Assembly (NCBI GenBank): GCA_045597005.1
Contig: JAZODJ010000026.1
Span: forward strand, 60,263 to 124,262
Reading direction: 5' to 3'
Source of the DNA: Alphaproteobacteria bacterium
GTDB taxonomy: Bacteria > Pseudomonadota > Alphaproteobacteria > RF32 > CAG-239
DNA: 64,000 nt
Shown: positions 58,511-64,000 of the stretch, in pieces
How positions within the stretch are numbered: position 1 is the first letter of the stretch
Layout of the letters: each line of letters begins with the position of its first letter
Position numbers and translations under genes: made by a program
Notes under the pieces: model-generated
Seen by the model: only the letters and a program-made list of their open reading frames with translations
Told to the model about the DNA's origin: nothing
The model's database searches: none

Positions 58511-59812
58511 TTATTTTGCCTTGTGTAATTTTCTTTCCGGAACCGGAATAGCAAACCCCACATTACTGTTATAGCTGTTAATTTTATACAACAAACTATA
58601 ATCAGGATACCCGTCTTGAGGTAATCTGGCTTCTTTTTGTACTTTTTTTATCGCCTCTCTGGTCTTTGACCCCAATTGCCCATCTTCATCAAGCTTAAAC
58701 CAACCAAGCTTATTAATAAAAGATTGTATTTTAATAACATCATCCTTTTTTACACGTTGAGCCGAACTTTCCGGAATTTTTTTCCATTTTTTTCCTGTTT
58801 TAATATAATCAGATAATATTCCGACAGCCAAAGCATAATTTTCCGAACGATTCCAATGCATTATTTTATAAAAATTATCTGTTATCAGATAAGCACGTCC
58901 TTTTTTTCCTTCCGGAGTAATAATCGACGTTTTTAAATCTTTTGGCAAAATAATCTTCTTGCCATTAATCGTCCTAACCCCTATCTTATTCCATCTTTCA
59001 ACACTAATATCCTTATTTCTTCCGGTTAAAGCATAATCAAAGTTCCAAGGTAAAGACACTTCCATTCCCCAAGGAATATCTTTTTTCCAACCGATTGTTG
59101 TCAAATAATTGGCTGCAGAAGCCGCCGCATCTTCAAAACTTGACCAGATATCTATCTTTCCATCTTTATTAAAATCAACTGCGTAGGTATTAAACGTTGA
59201 CGGCATAAACTGAAAATGCCCCATTGCTCCGGCCCATGAACCTTGCATTTTGGTAAAATCGACATCCCAATCATCAACAATCTTTAAAGCTTGATAAAGT
59301 TCTTTTCTGAAAAACTGAGGTCTTCTTTTATCATAACTCATTTCAGTTAACGCATCTATTACATTATGCCCGCCAAAATTAGTCCCAAAATTAGTCTCTA
59401 TTCCCCAAAATGCTACTATATATTCTCCGGGTAAAGCATATTGCATCTCAATTTTTTCCATCAAAGACCTTAAATCACGATAATTATTCTGCCCTCTTTC
59501 AACTCTTATTTTATTTACAACACGATTTAAATACTCATTTGATGTAAGTAAAAACTCTAATTGTTTTCTGTCTTTTTTTACAGCTTCCGGTTGCGGATGA
59601 TAATAATCAAAAGCATAAACCTTATCTATTGTTTTTTGAGAAATTCCTTTCTCAACCATTTCTTTTTTTAAGCAATCCAACCACTCCAAATACTCTTTTG
59701 GAGCTAAAGAGGTAACATTAGCTGACGCACAAGCCGTCGTGCTTAACAATATCCCAAAAGAAACCACCAACATTTTTTTTGAAAACATTATAATATTACC
59801 TTTATTATGCAA
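58511..59812 (-). CDS. mltB: Lytic murein transglycosylase (MltB family) with a C-terminal PG_binding_1 domain
   Basis: Signal peptide, MltB-like core and a C-terminal peptidoglycan-binding repeat (...FINKLGWFKLDEDGQLGSKTREAI...). Confidence 0.75.
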   Translation of the reverse strand: MHNKGNIIMFSKKMLVVSFGILLSTTACASANVTSLAPKEYLEWLDCLKKEMVEKGISQKTIDKVYAFDYYHPQPEAVKKDRKQLEFLLTSNEYLNRVVNKIRVERGQNNYRDLRSLMEKIEMQYALPGEYIVAFWGIETNFGTNFGGHNVIDALTEMSYDKRRPQFFRKELYQALKIVDDWDVDFTKMQGSWAGAMGHFQFMPSTFNTYAVDFNKDGKIDIWSSFEDAAASAANYLTTIGWKKDIPWGMEVSLPWNFDYALTGRNKDISVERWNKIGVRTINGKKIILPKDLKTSIITPEGKKGRAYLITDNFYKIMHWNRSENYALAVGILSDYIKTGKKWKKIPESSAQRVKKDDVIKIQSFINKLGWFKLDEDGQLGSKTREAIKKVQKEARLPQDGYPDYSLLYKINSYNSNVGFAIPVPERKLHKAK

Positions 59813-59896
59813 AATTTATTTGCATAATAAATCAATTTGGTTAAAATACCGCTAAACAAAAATATTACTTATACAATAACTTAAAAATTAAAACTT

Positions 59897-60154
59897 ATGA
59901 AAGAATTACTGGAACATCTTATGAGTGGATTAACTCCTGGACAGAGTTTGTTCTTTATAGCCTGTTTGTTGGTAATAATGACGACAATTGCTTGCTGGAG
60001 TATCAAGAAACTAATTGAAGTCTGGTTCAATTTGTTGGCACTTTGGAAACAACAAAAAAATCCCGATTTAAATAAACAAAATCGAGGAATTGCCTACAAC
60101 AAAAAGACTCAAAAACTTGTAGAAACTTGTACAGAAAAAGTACCTTTTGAATAA
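59897..60154 (+). CDS. Small membrane protein
   Basis: ORF with one hydrophobic helix. Confidence 0.35.
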   Translation: MKELLEHLMSGLTPGQSLFFIACLLVIMTTIACWSIKKLIEVWFNLLALWKQQKNPDLNKQNRGIAYNKKTQKLVETCTEKVPFE

Positions 60155-60174
60155 AACAAAAAAAACAAAAGCCT

Positions 60175-60471
60175 ATGAACAATCATGTTTTATTTGGTGA
60201 CGTAGTACAAGACCTCGTTTGGTTATGCATTGTAGCGATTATTATCACATTGTTATTTCTTCGCATTTTTATAAAAAACAACAATGGTCAAAAAAACGCT
60301 AAATGGCAAAACAAACTGCTTGCTAACTACTTCAAATTTCTCTTCATATGGATATTCACATTCATTGTTTATGTCCCTATGTTAGGAAAGGTAGAATCAT
60401 GGATTAACTATGTTGTCCTTATCGCACTGGTTTTAGTTGGTAATTATCTTGCCCGCTCAACACGCAAATAG
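60175..60471 (+). CDS. Small two-TM membrane protein
   Basis: ORF with two hydrophobic helices. Confidence 0.4.
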   Translation: MNNHVLFGDVVQDLVWLCIVAIIITLLFLRIFIKNNNGQKNAKWQNKLLANYFKFLFIWIFTFIVYVPMLGKVESWINYVVLIALVLVGNYLARSTRK

Positions 60472-60491
60472 CCACTCAAAAAAAAACATCA

Positions 60492-60525
60492 AAGCCACCT
60501 TTTTTTCAAAAGGTGGCTTCATCTT
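60492..60525. terminator. Bidirectional rho-independent terminator
   Basis: aagccacctttt-tttc-aaaaggtggctt flanked by A and T runs. Confidence 0.65.
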
Positions 60526-60538
60526 TAAAATCAATTTG

Positions 60539-60778
60539 TTATGAACACAACGTTTTTACACTAACCCCATCCAATTTTTCAATTTGCTCGGCAACTTTTT
60601 TAACTACATCTTCCGGAGCATCCAATGCAATACTGATTATATAAAGTCCTTTTGTTCTGTACGGCAACCCCATTCTACCGATAATATATTGAGAATAATC
60701 ATGTAAAATGGAATTTATTTTTTCGGCAGATTTATTGTCATCAACAATTATGCCCATAATTGCTATTTTGTTTTCCAT
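60539..60778 (-). CDS. Small ACT-fold protein resembling the TM1266-type putative iron-only-hydrogenase system regulator family
   Basis: 79 aa. The pattern MENKIAIMGIIVDDNKSAEKINSILHDYSQYIIGRMGLPYR...IISIAL...GVSVKT matches my recollection of the TM1266/ACT-like family. This is from memory, not computed. Confidence 0.45.
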   Translation of the reverse strand: MENKIAIMGIIVDDNKSAEKINSILHDYSQYIIGRMGLPYRTKGLYIISIALDAPEDVVKKVAEQIEKLDGVSVKTLCS

Positions 60779-60932
60779 AGTTTCACCTCACAAAGTTAAT
60801 AACCACACACAATATATATCACAAATTTTCTTAAAAAGCAATACAATCAGAGGATATTTTGACCAATTCTGTAACATGCCACTGTAACACCCTTGAATTT
60901 TGGGTTTTTACAGAGGTTTTTGTTAATAAAAA

Positions 60933-60956
60933 AGCCCGTTATTTCAACGGGCTAAA
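60933..60956 (-). terminator. Terminator downstream of tRNA-Ser
   Basis: agcccgtt-atttca-aacgggct followed by a T-run on the minus strand. Confidence 0.55.
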
Positions 60957-60963
60957 TACATAT

Positions 60964-61053
60964 TGGCGGAGAGGGTGAGATTCGAACTCACGGAGGGCTC
61001 GCACCCTCGACGGTTTTCAAGACCGCTGCATTAAACCGCTCTGCCACCTCTCC
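60964..61053 (-). tRNA. tRNA-Ser(TGA), with a long variable arm and the CCA end encoded
   Basis: GGAGAGGTGGCAGAGCGG...GCGGTCTTGAAAACCGTC...variable arm...GAGTTCGAATCTCACCCTCTCCGCCA. 90 nt. Confidence 0.85.
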
Positions 61054-61092
61054 ATACAGTGGACTAAGTTTCAAAATAATTATTGGAGAAAA

Positions 61093-61190
61093 CCGTCATA
61101 AACTTCGTTTACTCTCGACGGTTTGGGCTTCCAGCCATCTCACGATTCCAAGACCGCTGCATTAAACCTTTTCAAGCACCTCTCCACGAA
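61093..61190 (-). pseudogene. Degenerate partial copy of the 5' two-thirds of tRNA-Ser (pseudo-tRNA or decayed tandem duplicate)
   Basis: Shares ctcgacggttt, caagaccgctgcattaaacc (20 nt) and cacctctcca with the adjacent tRNA-Ser in the same order. Lacks the 3' half. Confidence 0.6.
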
Positions 61191-61348
61191 ACATCATCGC
61201 AATTTACGAAAAACCTTTTATATTAAACTTTTCCAAAGGTCAAGAATTTTTTTATATATTTTATATTTTTTTGCACAAGCTCATTTTTTATTTGCAAATC
61301 ACCAAAATTAATAGTACATTCCGACCACATATTTAAATATAAGATATT

Positions 61349-61735
61349 ATGAAGTTAATGAAAATTATCAATTCTTTGCGAGGTTACAAGGAATTGAAGG
61401 TCATGGCGACAGTCGGAAATTACGTTGTCGTTGCCAACCTTAATGGGCAAATTGTTGGTCTTATGAGCAAATCTGATGCTCCTGCTGTGCCGGAGTTTAT
61501 CGGAAAAGTTTCATCTACGACCATACCTGTATCAGAGTGCACACCCGCGTCATATAAACACAATATGAGCGTAAGTCCTGTGTTCGTAAACGAACAAAAC
61601 GACCAAGGGTGGTGCGAGTTAGATAACGGCGAAGAAATCGCAATATTGTATGATTGCAAGCCGCAATGGAAAAAGCTCCAAGTTGCCGCTAATTACAATG
61701 GCCAAATTTTCTTCCCCGTAGTAAAACCTCTGTGA
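61349..61735 (+). CDS. Hypothetical protein with elevated GC content, an orphan gene next to the tRNA-Ser locus
   Basis: ORF of 128 aa. Its GC content is visibly higher than that of flanking DNA. Followed by a strong hairpin terminator. Confidence 0.45.
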   Translation: MKLMKIINSLRGYKELKVMATVGNYVVVANLNGQIVGLMSKSDAPAVPEFIGKVSSTTIPVSECTPASYKHNMSVSPVFVNEQNDQGWCELDNGEEIAILYDCKPQWKKLQVAANYNGQIFFPVVKPL

Positions 61736-61752
61736 ACTTTCACAGTCCCAAA

Positions 61753-61785
61753 AGCACTTTGTCAATAACGGACAAAGTGCTATTT
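61753..61785. terminator. Bidirectional terminator
   Basis: Perfect 11-bp stem agcactttgtc-aataacg-gacaaagtgct. Confidence 0.65.
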
Positions 61786-61788
61786 ATA

Positions 61789-62175
61789 TTAAAAAACACA
61801 ATCATCTCCGCTAAAATTATATCCGATAATCACACCTCGTTGAATAACAAAATTTGTTTTACAATAAAATATTTTTCTTTCTTTTTCTTTTGGAGGACCA
61901 AACAAATCATTCCACCATCCTCCCTCTCCCATTCCTTGATAATATAATTCATTTGAATAAACATCCTTTTTTTCGGATGAATATCTTTTAATATAGCTAA
62001 CCATCTTCTTATCAGGAGTTATAAAAAAAACATTATTCGGATTTCCCCAAACACTATACAGCTGGTACTCAGAATGCCCTACCCATCCCTGCAAAACATT
62101 TGAATATGAATTATTATCAACACTCTTGCAGGCAAAAAGCAAAAATATTCCCAAGAAAAACAAAAAACGATGCAT
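61789..62175 (-). CDS. Putative lipoprotein
   Basis: Lipobox LLFAC. 128 aa. Confidence 0.5.
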   Translation of the reverse strand: MHRFLFFLGIFLLFACKSVDNNSYSNVLQGWVGHSEYQLYSVWGNPNNVFFITPDKKMVSYIKRYSSEKKDVYSNELYYQGMGEGGWWNDLFGPPKEKERKIFYCKTNFVIQRGVIIGYNFSGDDCVF

Positions 62176-62227
62176 AAATTTTCTCCCACATAATTATTAT
62201 AAATAATACCTTTTAATCACAAAAAAA

Positions 62228-62256
62228 GCTCCGAAACAAATTTCGGAGCCTTAAAC
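62228..62256 (-). terminator. Rho-independent terminator
   Basis: gctccgaaa-caaa-tttcggagc followed by T7 on the minus strand. Confidence 0.6.
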
Positions 62257-62273
62257 ACTACAATTTTAAGAAA

Positions 62274-63071
62274 CTAATCCCAAAATTTAACCTTATCAAG
62301 CAAACCATCTGTTTTTTCAGATACCGCATTTTTAGCTGTATCCAAAGTTGCTGATGCAGCTTTTTTTGCCATATCCGATGCACTGCCCAAAGCTTTAGTT
62401 ACTACAGATGTAGCATTAAACAAAATCTTGTTAAAGATTGTTGTAATCGATTCGCGAATTGACATTTTTTCCTTACCTTCTCCAATACCTTCCAATTCAA
62501 TAGCAGGCAAAGCCAATGTCAAAGCAGTATCATTATTTTGCAACGGAGTAATAGCACTTAAAGCACCACCTTCAACCAAAACCTTTTTAATGATAACATT
62601 TTTAGATGCTGTTTCTGTTTTTGGTTCTTCAGATTTTTCTTCTTCAACAACCTCTACCTTATTATCTGAAGCAGTATTTTTTGCAATATTTTGCTGAATC
62701 TGCATAACATTACTTGTAGAAAAATCAGGCATTTCATAAGTAATTTCCGGTTTCAAAACAGTGATATCTTCAACAATTATTGTATTTGTCATAAGACTGT
62801 TTACATCAACCTTAACTTTAATATCACCCAAACTCAACAAATTAGGAGCCGAATAACCTGTTGGATTAGCAACAGTTAAACCACCAACCTCAACTTCTCC
62901 GGCAAACGGATTAAACTTAAACTTAGCCAAATTAACCTCTGTACCGACAATCTGAGTACCATATTTATGAACAACACCTTTTACCAAAGGCTCCATATAT
63001 AACCAACCGGCAACAACAGCACCGATAACCAAAAGCAACAATGCTAGTAAAACATACTTCACTATTTTCAT
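62274..63071 (-). CDS. Membrane-anchored hypothetical protein (possibly AsmA-like N-terminus)
   Basis: N-terminal TM followed by a periplasmic region with an acidic linker. No catalytic motifs. Confidence 0.45.
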   Translation of the reverse strand: MKIVKYVLLALLLLVIGAVVAGWLYMEPLVKGVVHKYGTQIVGTEVNLAKFKFNPFAGEVEVGGLTVANPTGYSAPNLLSLGDIKVKVDVNSLMTNTIIVEDITVLKPEITYEMPDFSTSNVMQIQQNIAKNTASDNKVEVVEEEKSEEPKTETASKNVIIKKVLVEGGALSAITPLQNNDTALTLALPAIELEGIGEGKEKMSIRESITTIFNKILFNATSVVTKALGSASDMAKKAASATLDTAKNAVSEKTDGLLDKVKFWD

Positions 63072-63213
63072 ATACTAAAATCTCCTCATAAAAATGTTTG
63101 TCCATTTATTTATATATCAAAATCTGATTAAAGCAAGTTTTTAATAAAAAAAAACAATACATTTCTAAACGATCCAATTTATGAGTGAACAGCTTATTTT
63201 GATAACTTTTGGT

Positions 63214-63972
63214 TTACTCTTTTACAATATTGTCCATAATACTATCCCAACCATTATTATGAGTTGCCTTTGGCACAACAATTACAGGAGCATTGTTTTT
63301 TATAAATTGTTTTACTAATGTCGGTGGTATAACTCTGTCTTTTTCACCGACATAGTGAATTTGAGGTATTTTTATAAAGTTGTTATAATAATCAGCAAGA
63401 TTTAGAGATTCATTTAATGATAATAAATTATGATAATCAGTCCATGCCTGATGGTCTAAATTGCCCGCAATAGTAATGATTTTTTCAACATTTAATCCTT
63501 GTTTAGCGGATGATACTAAACCAACAATTTGAGCTCCGCCGGAGAATCCAATAAAAATAACATCATTATTTCCGACAATTTCTTTAATTGCCTGATATTC
63601 TGAATTTATAACTTCTGATGAAAATCTTGCTGTTGTCCAATGTCTTTGCGAGCAAATAGGCGATTTTATATATTGACAAGGTCTTGCTAAATAAATGACA
63701 TTTTCATTTTTATCATTAAAAGCAAATTTTCTAACCAATGTTCCTCTCGGTGTGGGATCTTTTGTAGGTCTGCCATATCTATCAAAAGCATATCCGTCAC
63801 CTTCAACATAAACTTTATATTTAGCCTTCGGATTGGTTATTTTTTGCCAGCTTGCTAAATTAAATGTATCTGTTTGTATTTCTTGATATACAAAATCATT
63901 TGGTACGGTTATTGATGAACAACCGGTTAGCAAAAGGAAACAAATAAATATTTTTAACAAACTTTTTTTCAT
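63214..63972 (-). CDS. Lipoprotein, alpha/beta-hydrolase-fold
   Basis: Lipobox LLTGCSS and the GxSxG nucleophile elbow (IGFSGGAQ). Confidence 0.55.
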   Translation of the reverse strand: MKKSLLKIFICFLLLTGCSSITVPNDFVYQEIQTDTFNLASWQKITNPKAKYKVYVEGDGYAFDRYGRPTKDPTPRGTLVRKFAFNDKNENVIYLARPCQYIKSPICSQRHWTTARFSSEVINSEYQAIKEIVGNNDVIFIGFSGGAQIVGLVSSAKQGLNVEKIITIAGNLDHQAWTDYHNLLSLNESLNLADYYNNFIKIPQIHYVGEKDRVIPPTLVKQFIKNNAPVIVVPKATHNNGWDSIMDNIVKE

Positions 63973-64000
63973 GAACTATACTTTATATTAAAAACAAATA

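Noticed and set aside
1-64000. CRISPR arrays, integrases, transposases, prophage genes, and restriction-modification or toxin-antitoxin modules
   Set aside because: I looked for regularly spaced direct repeats and for recombinase, terminase or capsid-like ORFs and found none. The only repeat structures are the tRNA-derived fragments at 13.3 kb and 61.1 kb.

Overview
This is a very AT-rich (about 30% GC), gene-dense bacterial window, and most genes lie on the minus strand. The gene order matches reduced alphaproteobacteria of the Rickettsiales/Holosporales type: dusB-trkA-hfq-hflX without an intervening ntr cluster, rlpA-dacA-tmk-holB-tatD, stand-alone rpsD and metG, and yejEF. The content is that of an anaerobe: two [FeFe]-hydrogenase-like genes, rubrerythrin with a PerR-like Fur regulator, and adhE. 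I found no integrase, transposase, phage gene or CRISPR array.

The most notable locus is a likely operon at 29.8-37.4 kb, read adhE -> small 2Fe-2S ferredoxin -> PAS-containing sensory hydrogenase (HydS/HfsB-like) -> SpoIIE/PP2C phosphatase -> second 2Fe-2S ferredoxin -> second hydrogenase-like protein. This has the architecture of the Firmicutes hfsABCD/HydS hydrogen-sensing module fused to its presumed target adhE, in an alphaproteobacterial-type genome. Both hydrogenase-like proteins carry non-canonical H-cluster motifs.

Other regions worth a second look:
- A 1396-aa membrane-anchored coiled-coil protein immediately upstream of dusB.
- A protein combining a helix-turn-helix with BspA-type leucine-rich repeats.
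- tRNA-Pro carrying a 19-nt duplicated 3' end plus a GC-rich structured spacer.
- tRNA-Ser with an upstream decayed partial tRNA copy next to a high-GC orphan gene.
- A high-GC DUF218-like gene at 51.1-52.3 kb.
- A small ACT-fold protein that resembles the TM1266 hydrogenase-regulator family as I recall it.
- A GldG-type ABC transporter cluster with a DUF4340 protein and an orphan PAS histidine kinase, divergent from two tandem MlaD genes.

Many intergenic regions end in a recurring bidirectional terminator of the form A-tract, GC-rich hairpin, T-tract.
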